From contig CM120640.1 in assembly GCA_051362555.1 (NCBI GenBank), positions 5,580,001 through 5,644,000 of the forward strand: a DNA stretch of 64,000 bases, read 5' to 3'. Below are positions 25,001-45,531 of the stretch, piece after piece. The notes beneath the pieces were generated by a model. It had not been told where the DNA came from, made no database searches, and worked only from the letters and a program-made list of their open reading frames with translations. Each line of letters opens with the position of its first letter. Positions within the stretch are counted from its first letter, which is position 1. Origin of the DNA: Lingula anatina. Its lineage: Eukaryota; Animalia; Brachiopoda. Made by a program: the position numbers and the translations under genes.

Positions 25001-26718
25001 TTAAAACTGAAAATTACAATAAAAACACTGCTTCGGTTTCTTCCGTCGTCTTAACTTTATGTATGCATTTATTGCAGTATGGCCAGTACATGTAGTTAAG
25101 TCACACCGAAAGGGACTGCTCTTGATAATCTAGTGTAGATGGATATATTACTCCTTATGGATGAATTATACAAATATTTTGCCTTGTGATCAGCCTTTAA
25201 AGATTTATGTCATTATCATGTGTCTTGCATTCAGAGTGTTTTATTACAACGTGTTCAGTACATTTTCGTGAAATAGGCACTCCTTCTGCTCTAGGCCCAC
25301 TCCCGCTCGTCTCTTATTTTTCAGACTTCGTGATGATGCGCTGGTGATTGAGTGATTTTCAGACCAAATGGCTGTTAACGGGCGTCTACCTGCTAACAAA
25401 CCCCTTTAAAAATCTTTACGCAAGCTTCTTAATAAATTGAATCTTTGCAGTTTTAAAGGTGGTTTATTTTTACTTCAGGGTATTGCGCTGGAGGTAGTTG
25501 AATACGGCATCACATGTAACACTATATGTCCAGCCTTTGTCGAAACAGCCTGTAAGAAACACCAGATGATAAAAAAAACGTCCGTAAATGATAAGAATAG
25601 TTAAAGTGTGAAGATCGTTCTTTTCTGTCTGTTTGATGAAAGAAAGTGATTTAATGTAGCACTAAATACTTTTCGAACAGCAAATACACCATACAAGAAG
25701 AACCAGCGGCACTAAGCTAGTGAAATTGTTTTTGAGATGCTGGAATCTATCACAGGGGAACGAGTTTTAATGTCGAAATTACATTGATAACTGTTGCAGT
25801 TTATACAGTTCAGTCTCAACATTTTGGGGGACCCGGCTGAACCCCGTTATAGTGCTCGTACCCCGTTATACTTAAAATTTGTAGCGGATGTTAAACGATA
25901 TTTACAGCATTCCATTTATTCTAGTGACACAAAAGCAGTTAACACAGCTTGCAAAGGACAACGGGATTTCTTATGAGCAGGCCAAAGTAAGTGTCATTAA
26001 GGATGGTTTAAAATATTAACACGACGCAAAGGGGGTAGATTATAGAATTTTACAAGCATTGTATCACTTCAGTTTCTCATATGGCCGTACAAATTATATA
26101 ACGCTTTTCATTTAAAACCCGTATACAGCGTATGTAATGATATTACCTAGATACAATCAGGACACCCATGGTATTAATTATTTGAAATTAACATGTACAG
26201 TCAAAGCTTCTGGGTGAAAAGGAATATTGTGGAATAAACATTTGACCTTCACTTCAGAAATGAGGTCTTTGGAAGTGATCAGTTAGTTAAGTATCTCCCG
26301 CCTTCCTTTTTCTAAAAACAATTCACCTTTATTTCAACAGGTCGATTTTGTATTAAAGCGACAACCGACGAAAACGCCTATAGAACCAGGGCACGTAAGT
26401 CTCATGGTCTTTTTGTTAGCCAACAACTGGCTGAAAAGTTTGATACATGTTACCTGAGAAAAACATTTATGTGCATTCATTTGGACTATGCGTTTCTTGC
26501 ATTGAAATACTGGCTTATCTTTACTCAGAGTAAAAATAAACACAACAATTGAAAGCTAGTGTGAAATACCAGTTTAACATTTCGCTTTCACGTGGATCCC
26601 GATGTTTTTCTTTTTTGTTTTTTAGATTGCAGAGTACGTGGCCTTCATTTGTTCTCCCTATGCCGCACAAATCACGGGTTCCACCATGCCAATAGACGGG
26701 GGCTGGCTTAGCAACTGA
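22096..26718 (+). CDS. D-3-hydroxybutyrate dehydrogenase-like SDR, copy D (divergent, possibly impaired)
   Basis: 8 exons with an open frame, but TGSTSGIG is changed to TGSTSGIR and SSVHG to SSVYG. Exons 5-8 are divergent (CPAFVETA, KQLTQLAKDNGISYEQAK, ITGSTMPIDGGWLSN*). Confidence 0.75.
22490..23971 (+). mobile_element. Decayed Tc1/mariner DNA transposon in intron 1 of copy D
   Basis: Same TIRs. Retains SVMVCGRFVYHG (SVMVWG-like motif) that is deleted in B and C. Carries an extra segment at about 23370-23550. Confidence 0.72.
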
Positions 26719-26929
26719 CGCCCCTGTCCGCCTTGAAGTGCTTTGATCACTTTTCCAATCTGGGGAAAGCTTTGAATATTCATGTACATTTATTTTGACT
26801 TGAGGCTCTTGTTGCATGGATATATTGGCTTTTCTTTACCTCAGCTAAAATTAAGCATAATATTTTATTGCTAAACTGTGAAATATGAGAACAGGCTTTC
26901 TTATGGATTCTTATGGTTTCATGTTTTAG

Positions 26930-27022
26930 ATTGCAGAGTACGTGGCTTTCATTTGTTCTCCCTATGCCGCACAAATCACGGGTTCCGCCATGCCAATAGA
27001 AGGGGGATAGCTTAGTAAGTGA
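26930..27022 (+). pseudogene. Duplicated terminal BDH exon with premature stop
   Basis: Second copy of exon 8 with its acceptor. TGG is changed to TAG at 27008-27010, four codons before the normal stop. Confidence 0.8.
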
Positions 27023-27936
27023 CGTCGCTGTCCGCATTGAAGTGCTTTGATCACTTTTCAACTTTTTGAAATCGTCTCTAAGTTTATACTTTTACTCGTG
27101 AGTTTTTGTACTCAATGTTTTCAGTGCGAAGACAACAAAATTTGATAAATAAAGATGTATTTGAATTGCTTGCATGAAAAAAATCCAAGTGCAAGTAACA
27201 GCCAAAGGAGCTAAATGCAAGATTTAAGTCTATTCATGTACATTCCGGTTTCTTAAATATTGTTATACTGGTAACAAAGATGACTTGCATTGACCAGAAC
27301 TTAAGAAAGATATTGGAACACTGGAGCAAAGTGGCTTCCATTCAAATTATGTATGTGCAACAAATTGTTACCTCTTTTCTCTTGGTAATCACAACACCCA
27401 ATATTTACTTTATTAATATACAATTTTCCCAAATTAAAGGTAACCAAACCAACTTCATTACTTTAAGTGATTTAACGAACACCTACCTGTACATGACAAC
27501 TATTTACAAAGTCCTCGCAATGATTACTATTTATATGTAAACTATGAACCCACAACTATTAATATACTTATGCACTGCTTTCATTCATATAATTTGGTTT
27601 GATCTGGTGATCTTTAAACTAATCACAATAACGAAGTCCATCCCAATGTAGTCTGGAAGGAGGTTATGAGACTTTGTGAAAAACATGCCACATTCAATAA
27701 GATGCCAGAAGACTATTCCGGCCCATGTGTCGAGTCACTGATGTTAAATTTATGACAAAATATAAATACTACTTCCACCTCCAGACTGCTCAGGGCAACA
27801 CTTATTTCTTTCCTGTTACAACTGGTGTTTCTGCACAAAATTAAATAATAAATCAGTTTTATGCATTGTTTAACTTTTAAAATGCCTTTGCGTTGTCAAT
27901 ATGTGGTCTGCTAAGAATAATGCTCCTCGTGTTGGT

Positions 27937-35670
<7,734 letters not shown>

Positions 35671-35736
35671 GGTGAGATTATTACTACTTTTCTTAAACTA
35701 AGATATCTCCCTGCGGTGCGTACTCGCACGTGTGGA

Positions 35737-35811
35737 TATATAACCTATGCCGGGGTACTGCGCATGTCAGTGAAAAGGAAATATCTCACCGGCGAATGGA
35801 AAATTCTAGAT
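35737..35811 (-). promoter_or_regulatory. HSPA9 proximal promoter: TATA-like, NRF1-like and heat-shock-element-like motifs
   Basis: TATATAA at 35737-35743, TGCGCATG at 35759-35766 and GAAaaTTCtaGAt at 35799-35811, all within about 140 bp of the start codon. Confidence 0.5.
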
Positions 35812-37832
35812 AGAAACTGTGGTCATGTATCAGCTGGCAATAAAAAGTCACCTTTAAGATGAAAATGTTTTGGAGTGTATTAAAATGAAAATCCTGATTC
35901 TGAGAAATATTCGAAAGATATCTCTGAAAATACCTAGGGATATTTCAAAGTAAAACATTACTGGTTCATCCAAGACAAGACTCCTTAGAAACTAAAAAGG
36001 AGTTTATAACGTTATATATTTCTGTTAAAGAAAAGGCGACTAAGCGGGAAGACAAGATCAATCTGACCACTCAAATTTAAATTTATGAAAAGACAATTTG
36101 AAAAGTTATGAATGTCAAAATAAGTTTCATGGAGTATTTTCAAAAAAAAAAAAAAAAAAACTCTGTGTGTCAGGATGGGAACTAGTTTGCAAAACATATA
36201 GTGGTCTTGCTACTTTTCTAGGAATACGCAGTTTTTTAAAAGTAAAGGAAGGGATGCCCTCACACATGAGATTGCCCAATCACATTTTCAATGACACCAA
36301 GCTGGCTGTAATAGGCCTTGGTCTCTTGGGCATTTCCGTGTTGGTTTCTTGCATTTTTTTTTCATAGTGTGTTAACTTAAACAACTTTGAGGGAAGATAA
36401 GAACTGTATGTTTAGAGGTATAGGTGTCAAAATTTCACCCTTTTGAGATCTCATTTCCAGCCTTCCTTCAGTACTAGTAGTAGTAGGGTTATATACAGAG
36501 GGCCTGCTGGTGAGGTTGGTTTTGATATATGTAAAATCCATAGTAACGTTTTTATCCCTCAAATATTATTATGTAATCTTTGTTTTGAACAAAATTATGA
36601 CTTAATGTGATCGACACATTATGATGGTGTGTATGATGTAAAAATTACCGAAATACTTGCCATACGCCGTTGTAGAGACAAAGATTACATCCCATTACGT
36701 CCCTGCACCATTACAACCCTGCTTCATTACTCCCCACTGGTAACAAGATATAACACAATTCTTCATTTCAAAACCTAAGTACAGGGACCTAAAGGTAACC
36801 AATTTTTCAATTTGTCATTCAAGGGAGGAGTAATGGGTCCAGGAAGTAATGTTGAGAGGGTGTATAGACCTGGGTAATATCATAATTTTGCTTGGGGGCA
36901 TAACAATGCAGGGGAAGCAAGGACACGCAGGGAAAATGTTGTGGGTACATAAAGAGTTGTCCATGAGACGCAAGTCAGTTGTTAGTTGAAGACTCACTGC
37001 TTTTATTCTTCTTTTTAGAAAATGGTCTCAAGATACTTAAATATAACAGCAAGAACCAAAACTGATATCAAAAACAAGACGGCATTTCCTACCCAAAATT
37101 TTATTATCCCTGCATTGTAAAGTCCAAAACCCATCAAAGCCAAGGACCTGGCTTCATCTCTTTAGGAAAAAGTCTCAGGATATTTATGATGTAACAGCAA
37201 AAACCAAAGACTAATATCAAAAACGAAATTAGATGGTGCTTTTTGCTTTTTACAAAACGTTTTATCCCCACAGCAATGATGCTTAACACCAATGCTTTTA
37301 TTATAGTCTATAGCAACAAATGTTGCCTTAAATATTTATATAAAAGAGCTGTCCACTGAACTGCTAGGACTACTGTTCAAAAAAATCCAATTTTCACACA
37401 AAATAATATATGTATAAATAATTCATATAAGGTATTTCAATGAAACGATGCATACATGCACTGCTGATAAATTTTAAAAATATTTGTTTCTGAGTTATTT
37501 TTAAGCAAAGGTTATGCACAATGCTCATTTTTTTCATAACAAACCACTGAGCATAAATTACATTTTCAAGCAATTAAAAGGGGCAATATGAAATCAAATT
37601 CTGCAATGGGATCTCGATTCAAAACAATATACAATATGCATATCACTGAAAGAATACTATACAGAATAATAATTCTCTCATAAGTAAATAAAGTGGCAGT
37701 ATCTCATGTACATGTATTGTGCAGAACTGTGAAGTATATAATTTTATTTAATAGCAGCTACTTGTAATACCAGAGAACAAGACGTTCAGCTTTCATATGC
37801 TTGTACTTTTATCAGTGGATGAAAGACCATCT

Positions 37833-40800
37833 TTACATCTTCCCAGCAGCTTCCATTGCCTGAAAATAAAAATATGACACTGTAAAGTTACAACTATAAG
37901 GGAATTATACTTACTACTGAAATATGGAAATCTTCTATAATTCAATCACTAAGATTGAAATCAAGGATTTTGACACTTTGAAGCCGTTTCACCTTCTTTG
38001 TGGTTAAAAAGGAAAAAATTGAGTATATATGCAACCCCAGAAAATCCCTTCTAATTTGCTGAATTGTAGCAAATATGGTGTAACTGTATAAGACCCTTGG
38101 CACGATAAGCCCAAAGATATGCACATCAAAAATTAGTGTAAAAATCTTGGGGACAAAAATTTGGCCTCAAGTGTTCTTCTCCCCAGTTCAATCTATGCAA
38201 CCAAAAGCTTACCTTTCTCAATGTGGAGCCCATTTGCGCTGGGGACTTTGTCACTTCGACACCAGCATTATTTAAAGCAGCAATTTTTTCCTGCGCACCA
38301 CCTTTTCCTCCAGAGATGATTGCACCAGCATGACCCATCCTCCTGCCTGGGGGTGCTGTTAACCCAGCGATGAAAGAAACTACCGGCTTGCTATGAGGAC
38401 CCTGTAACAATCCATTGCAGTGCATAAAATTTAAAGATGTACTACAGCTGCTTTCTTTCGTTAATAAAATACAAAGAATTTCACCTGAGCAGGAAAAAAA
38501 AAACTGCATTTCGGATTTCCACAAGCAGTTTACAATATTATTTAAAAGATGGTTATTTGAACTTTAGGGTCATATTTTGAAACAGCTGAACATTTTACAC
38601 AAGAATGTTAGAGAATATTACTGGAAAAAAAAGAATGACCCTACTTACAAGATTGTGTTCCATCAAATAGCTGGCTGCCTTTTCCTCTGCATCACCACCA
38701 ATCTCTCCAATAAGAATAATTCCTGAAAAAAAATCAATATGACAAGCCTTTGACTTTCATCTTTTATAAAGTTGCATATCACTCAACAAAATAGACCAGT
38801 ACATTTCTGAACCGTAGAACTGAATCCTGTTTTGAAATAATCAAAGTTGCATCAAGGCATAAAAAGGAAACTGCACAGTGTATGAAAATACCTTCTGTTT
38901 CTGGATCCTTCAAAAATATTTCAAGGCAGTCAATAAAGTTGGTTCCATTGAAAGGATCACCACCTATTCCTATGCACAGAGATTGACCCATGCCTGCCAT
39001 GGTTGTCTGATGTACTGCCTCATAAGTCAGTGTACCAGAACGAGATACAATTCCTACAAGGAAGAAGAACAATTCAATATAAAATCAAAATGTAAAAGGC
39101 AGATGCTATACTTCAAATAAATAAATAAATAATTTGTTTAAGTTGGTATATGTGATGCGTAAAGATATGTAATTTTATAATTAAATGACAAAAATAAACT
39201 TACAAAAGAAGAAATCTTTACAATTGATGCAGATCAAAAGCATGTCTACCTTCAAACCTTACCTATTTTTCCTGGCTTATGTATATGACCAGGCATAATT
39301 CCAATTTTACATTCACCTGGCTATAAAAAAGTTATATTTTAGTGAAGGTTTTCCCCTTAATCCTTCAACATGTCAAAAACATAAATATACTTTTTGAATT
39401 TGACAGACAAACATTCAGACAATATATATATTGTGAATAAGTGAAATAAAGTGTTGAATTCATGTGTTATGGAAAGTTCACCTGATTTACACTGCTGGAC
39501 TTTTACTCAGACACCTTCGTACCTTAATGATGCCTGGGCAATTAGGCCCTATTAGCCTGCTCTTATCCTGTCGAATTAAATGATGCCGTACTTCCACCAT
39601 ATCCTTCTGAGGGATGCCCTCTGTGATACAGACAATTAATGGCATTTCTGCTTCCATGGCTTCAATGATAGCCTTTGCAGCAAAAGGTGGAGGGACATAA
39701 ATAACACTGGCTGTGGCACCTGTAGCATTTTTGGCCTAAAATAAATAACAAAAAAGCTTTAAACTAAAAGTTTTTTAGAGCCCTTTCTTAACATTGGCAT
39801 ACAACTGAATGACATCACAATGCACTTACAGTTTTCATTGAGATTCTGAAGGCTTAGCCTGGTTTTTGCCAAATTTGAAGCATTCTATCTCAAAATCTAA
39901 GCAACAGTAAACTGAAATATTTACATGATATCACAATTTGAGAACTTCTGCTATCATAGTTTTTCTTCAATGCCAGTTCAAATTTGAAAATAAGCCCTTT
40001 TTTGTCAAATTTCTTATAGTGTGAGTCCAAGCATTTTACCTCAACCACTGTGTTGAATACTGGCAATCCTAAAGATGGGTGCTGGGTGCCCCCTTTTCCT
40101 GGTGTAGTTCCTCCAACAATTTGTGTTCCATAGTCCAAAGCTTGCTTGCAGTGAAATGTGCCCTGGAAGAGATAGCAAATATTTTGATGCACTGATAGTT
40201 TTATATTCTACGCATGTATATATACTTGTATCTTTCTTTATCATGCTTACAAAACTTACTCTTAAATTATTTTTTCATTCTCTACATACATTTACATATA
40301 ATGTTGCACCAAAAAGGATCACAGTACCAATAATGCAACTTCAAAGGCAGGTGGTAAGAACTTATCACCAAGTCAAGTTAAACTAAAATATTTGTAGCTC
40401 AGATGTTCAATAAATAAAACATCTAAAATGTATTAAATTTTACTAGTAAAATATCTCAGAGACATGATGAAGGTTCTACCTGTTTTCCGGTGAATCCTTG
40501 ACAAATCACTTTGGTGTCTTTATTGATACACATATTTTTCCTTGTTGATGAGTAACAGTTCCGAGTGCCAGTTCTCTGGACTAAAAGATGAAACAAATCA
40601 AATTAATTATAGCCATTACTGGTTAAACTACATTGGCCTTTGAGTGACCAAGCCCTGGAACTCACTGTCTGAAGAAGTTGCCACAGCCCTTATCTTGAAG
40701 GCATTTGAAGATTACTAGATGAGCAACCAATACATTAGAGTTACCAATACATTACATACAACCCACATGCCATGACCTTAAGGATATGGACACAGTTGAA

Positions 40801-41432
40801 GAAAATCTGGATATAGAGGCTCCATAGGAACCTGCGTCCAGTACCTGCATACAGTGTACATGTAGGTATCTATAGGTAGGTAAAATATTTAGGTAATGTC
40901 TGTGAATAGCAAGGTATCAATTAAATTCCCTGTACATAAACACTCTCACAAGTACAATGTTGATTTTAATATTACTTTCTGAAGCCTTTCCTGCACCTCA
41001 TTCCTTTTCATTGGCGTCAATGCCAACTCAAGGTGACTGAACGCTATCCTAGGTGAAAACGTCAGTCTACGCAAAATACCCTTCAATACCATAAGAGGTA
41101 CGTTGCAAATGTTTTGCACCGATCTTAAATAAATTTTATTGAACATGACGTTAGAATGTGAACCGTTCAAAGTCAGAACGCAGGCAGAAATCAAAGTACA
41201 GGAGAGTGGAATAGCCAGCCCTTTACTCAGTCCAAGCCTCCAGCTAGGTAGCAATATTTGCAGTGCGATGACATAGTATAAACAGGCATTTTGCAATTTT
41301 CAACACTAAGCGTACAAAGGACAATAATCTCATTGAGAAATTTTAAATTGCCATTGAAAAGCATAACAAGTAAACTCGCTTAAAAGAATGCATTTTACCT
41401 ATGAAACGTGCAAATGCCCTAGCGGTCGCCAT
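37833..41432 (-). CDS. SUCLG1: Succinyl-CoA ligase alpha subunit, mitochondrial
   Basis: Spliced peptides [91 protein letters not shown]. Ends AMEAAGKM*. Confidence 0.96.
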
Positions 41433-41545
41433 TTTGTTGTCTCGCGAGAAAGAGACACATGATCTGGATTGCCCAATCGAAATAAATATCGGCCCACGAA
41501 TTACCCGGATGCTGAGAGGAAACATGTCTTCGAAGCAGGTAAACA
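41427..41545. promoter_or_regulatory. Compact bidirectional promoter SUCLG1/GOLGA7
   Basis: YY1-type CGCCATTTTG overlaps the SUCLG1 ATG. Perfect TCTCGCGAGA palindrome at 41440-41449, a CCAAT motif, and a plus-strand donor CAG|GTAAAC at about 41538 for a putative non-coding GOLGA7 exon 1. Confidence 0.6.
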
Positions 41546-42277
41546 AATTTTTTGTAAAATGTTTGTAAGCCAATCACAACACCTTCAGTAGGAATAACTC
41601 ATTGCAAGAACTCCTAAGCCTGAAATAGATCTATTTGTAAATTATATTAATTGTCTATAGATCAAGGTTTAAGGAGTTTAGTCACTTGCCAGTCACTCTT
41701 TCTACTGTACGTATGACTGTTTCTGGAAAAAGCAATGCAATTTACTTTTCTTAGAATCAGAAGACATTGTATTGAAGTTACTATGAAGCGGAAATGTGAT
41801 ATAAGTGCTCATGAACTACTTTCTTACAGTATGCTTTTGTAGGCCATATAATGAGATGTAAGATCTGATAGTGAGATTGTCTTTGGCAGGTTTTTAAATT
41901 AAAAGGAAATTTTCCATGTGTCATGATTTCAAATAATTTCACTATAAAGTTTTCATGTAATTTGGATGGCACAGGACTGACCCCTATTTGTTTGTGTTTC
42001 CTACATAAACGTCTGAGGGTCTCTTGACTTTCCTGAAGAGATTTATGAGAGCCCTGTGGACTTTGTGAAAGTTTTTGTAATTGTCTTAGATATCAGAAAA
42101 ATTATCATAGGCATAGCAAGAATAGTCAATATTACATAGGCAAAACTGGGAAATATTTCAGTTTAGAATTGCAACCACACAATATTACATAGTCACAACT
42201 TTAAAATATTTCTGTTTAGAATTGCAACCACATAGTCATAACTTTGAAATACTTCTGTTTAGAATCACAACCACACA

Positions 42278-43395
42278 ATGGATGATTTAAACCGAATCCC
42301 GACACATCACAGTGCAAAGATATTTTTACACAGAGACTTCTCAGATGGGACACCTGTCCGGTTTCAGAACAAATTTCCCCAGGAATTACAAGACAGGGTA
42401 AGATGGGTTGGTAAACAATTTAAATAGAAAAAACAAACTTTCTTACAACAATTTGATACAAATAAGGTTTGTTGCATTATTCATTTTATTGTAATTATTT
42501 ACTTTTGTAGTACAGCAAGTGATCTTCGAGTCGTGTGTGTATACAGATAGTAAACATTCTAAAAAGTCATGCATTTTTTCTTTTAGATTGATTCTGCCCA
42601 ATTTACAGCAACTGTCAACCACATTAATGAAATCTATTCAGAAGCTGAATCATTAGGCAGCAGGACGTACTGTGAAAGTTGTTTTGCATGTCTCTCGGCT
42701 TACTTTCTTTACTTGTGCATTGAACCCCATTATACCAAGGTATGATAGACAAAATCTTAGCTTGTATACCTTAATTAATGAGAATTGTTTTGAGGTAATA
42801 ACTGGTTTAAAAAGTTAAAATGTAACATAGTTTTTGTGTATGCTTTGAGTAGCAATGTTTGCCACTTAATTATGATGTGTAAGGAGTTAAATCGAAAGTC
42901 TGTTTAATGATTTGTAGAGAAGAAACATTGCCAAATGTTTTCTGTCACTGATGAAAAATATGCTTTCTGTTTGCAGTGTATAAAGAAAGCAGCTAGATAC
43001 ATTGAAGAACAGAACAAGAATGTCTATCTTCCCAAGGGACTTATGATAGTTGATCCAGCAGAGAGAGGCCTCAGAGTGGTATCCTTTGTCAATGTGGAAT
43101 TTCAATGTGAAGTGTAAAGTCAATAAATGATACAGTACATCCCAGTTCTATAATATGAATACTTAAGATATAGCTGATAATGTTAATTTCTCTCAAAACC
43201 ATTTTGAATTTTCACGCCCCCTATTTTCTTTTGTACAAATTGCATAAGGAATAAAAAAGGTGGCTTTAATTACCATGTTTAGAATTGCTTTGATGGATAA
43301 ATTTGAAGAATAAGCAAATGTTGTTTGCAATTACATTTTCTTTAACCCACAATCAGCTTGAAATTGTCATTCTTAGTGAAATAGCTGTAAGATGA
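42278..43395 (+). CDS. GOLGA7: Golgin subfamily A member 7 (GCP16/Erf4 family)
   Basis: Four coding exons: KIFLHRDFSDGTPVRFQNKFPQEL / INEIYSEAESLGSRTYCESCFACL / YIEEQNKNVYLPKGLMIVDPAERGLRV / LEIVILSEIAVR*. Confidence 0.92.
43079..43356 (+). other. U12-type (minor spliceosome) GT-AG intron
   Basis: 5' site GTATCCTTT. Branch site TTCTTTAAC about 10 nt before the CAG, with no polypyrimidine tract. Confidence 0.88.
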
Positions 43396-45531
43396 CAACA
43401 GTGTAACCTTTGATGGTGAACACGGACAAACCAAATGTCCAGAAACTGTACATATTTATTGGTAGAAAAGGACTGTGGACCATGCCTGACACCTATCAGA
43501 AACATTCACTATTTATTGGATTAATTACAACCAAGATCTATTTGTTCACTAAAGTAAATTAATAGTGTTGAAATATCCTTTTTGGTATTCCCATTGACAA
43601 GAAGTGTAAGATTTATTCTGACACTCAATTATTTATTAAATATCCATAGTTTGTCAACAATGATATAAATAGTATAAGCCTTTTTTTAAAGCAGCTATGT
43701 TATATAAACATATTGCCAAATATATGGATTGATAACTATATTTCAGACTATATGCATCACCTTACGAAGCCCTGTAATGAAGCTCTATGTAGTACATAGA
43801 ATAAAACTGCCTTAGAATCAAGAATGGTCGTTTCATCACAAGTTTGGCACAAAATATACAACACAGGCATGTAGAATTGAGATTTTGAATTGAATTTTAT
43901 GTAATTTTAATGTCCATGCCTGTGATAAATGGTGCTATAAACAGATAAGTTGATGTAAATGATAGATTTCCTCTCTGGCTTCCTCTTCTTGTCACTTCAC
44001 TCCTGAACCCTTGGTTTCTTCCATATTTTAGTTGGTCCTCAAACTAAGTATCATTATAATAAGCTGGAAATAGATATACATTTTGATAACTTTTTAAATG
44101 TCAGACATCAGTATCGAGAAATATATTGTTGCATAGAGTTGGCACAGCAATGCATGGTAAGACTTGTACCAATTTCAATATCGTCAAGGATATATGAAAA
44201 TATTTTTAGTGAAAGTATCTGTATATATATATTTATGTCTGTCAAATTTAGAAACTGTTTGGTGTTACTAAGTTGTTACCCATGTATAAAAAAGATTGTC
44301 TATTATTCTGATGCTGTAGGTAAATTATTTGTCTTTTTGTGTAGACCTTCATGAAGGAATACAGCCATTGACAACAAGTTGATAAATAAAAAAAAGTGTA
44401 TTAAAAATTTTGACAATTTATGTAGGACATGCAAGCTGGTGTGATTGTGAAAATGTTTATTTCACGTAAATGTACTTTAGAAATATGTTTTACTAAAATA
44501 CAACTCTTTTAAAATGTTTTGTCATATTACATTCTCTGAAAATTGCCTTTTAAGTCCTTGTCCTGCAATTATTTGAGTTTTGTCCGTTAAGTTTTTCATA
44601 ATTTATCGGCCTAGGAAGTTATTTGAATTATAAATTGTCATAAGTTATATATGTCATGGGCAGTTTACGAACAAATGGTAGTGTTTGCTTACATTGTAAT
44701 TGTATGCAAATCTCAGACACATAAAAGTCATGGAGTCATTTTTCAGTGTGAATCAAAAGAAGAATTTTATCAATGTATATACAGAATTTTATTTTAAGGA
44801 TGTTGTAAAAAATTGGACTTTTTAGAAAACATTTCCAATTGTACTTGGTAAGATGAAAACACAATGGAGCCAAAGGGTAAGCCTATGTATTAAAAATGCA
44901 ATTCATCTAGCATTTAAAAGCCTAGTTATATAATCTTACACATTCTCTAATAATGCCATCAGGACAAGTATTCTATTGCAGTTTTCTCATAACTGCAATT
45001 ACTTTTTAAAGTATGAATACAACGGGTACAACAATGGAAAATAATTATGGCCATAATTCAACCCAGTGTATATAATTCTTGGTGCCAGAAATAGTTATAA
45101 ACATCTGATACATTGTCAAAGGTCTGTGTAGTGTAAATATTACTGTTTTGTATGCCTTGACAGCAAGCTTTAACAGTGGACAATATATCACTGCTTGTAT
45201 TTAGGTCTGTATATTACTGTAATAAAAATAAAGGAATGCTTGAAAGGTGGTGTTGTTGTGACATTTATACTCGTCATATAACCATTTTTAAGTACAAACA
45301 ATAGCATATATTGCAAGGCAAAGAATATTTTTTCAGTACATCACAAATGCAAAATCTCTGTCACCAAAATAAAGTCTGCAGAATATGTAACCTGGGTAGG
45401 GAATTCCATAGAGGGAGATATTCTTATATTCTAATATTCTTAGTGTATTCTGTATAAGTAATTCTATGATAAAAATCTATAAATAATATCGGAAATGAAT
45501 CGTCTTATGTGAACTTTCAACACATGCCCCT

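Noticed and set aside
36670-36870. CATTAC / GTAATG-rich loosely inverted segments between HSPA9 and SUCLG1
   Set aside because: Pairing too short and irregular to define an element or RNA.
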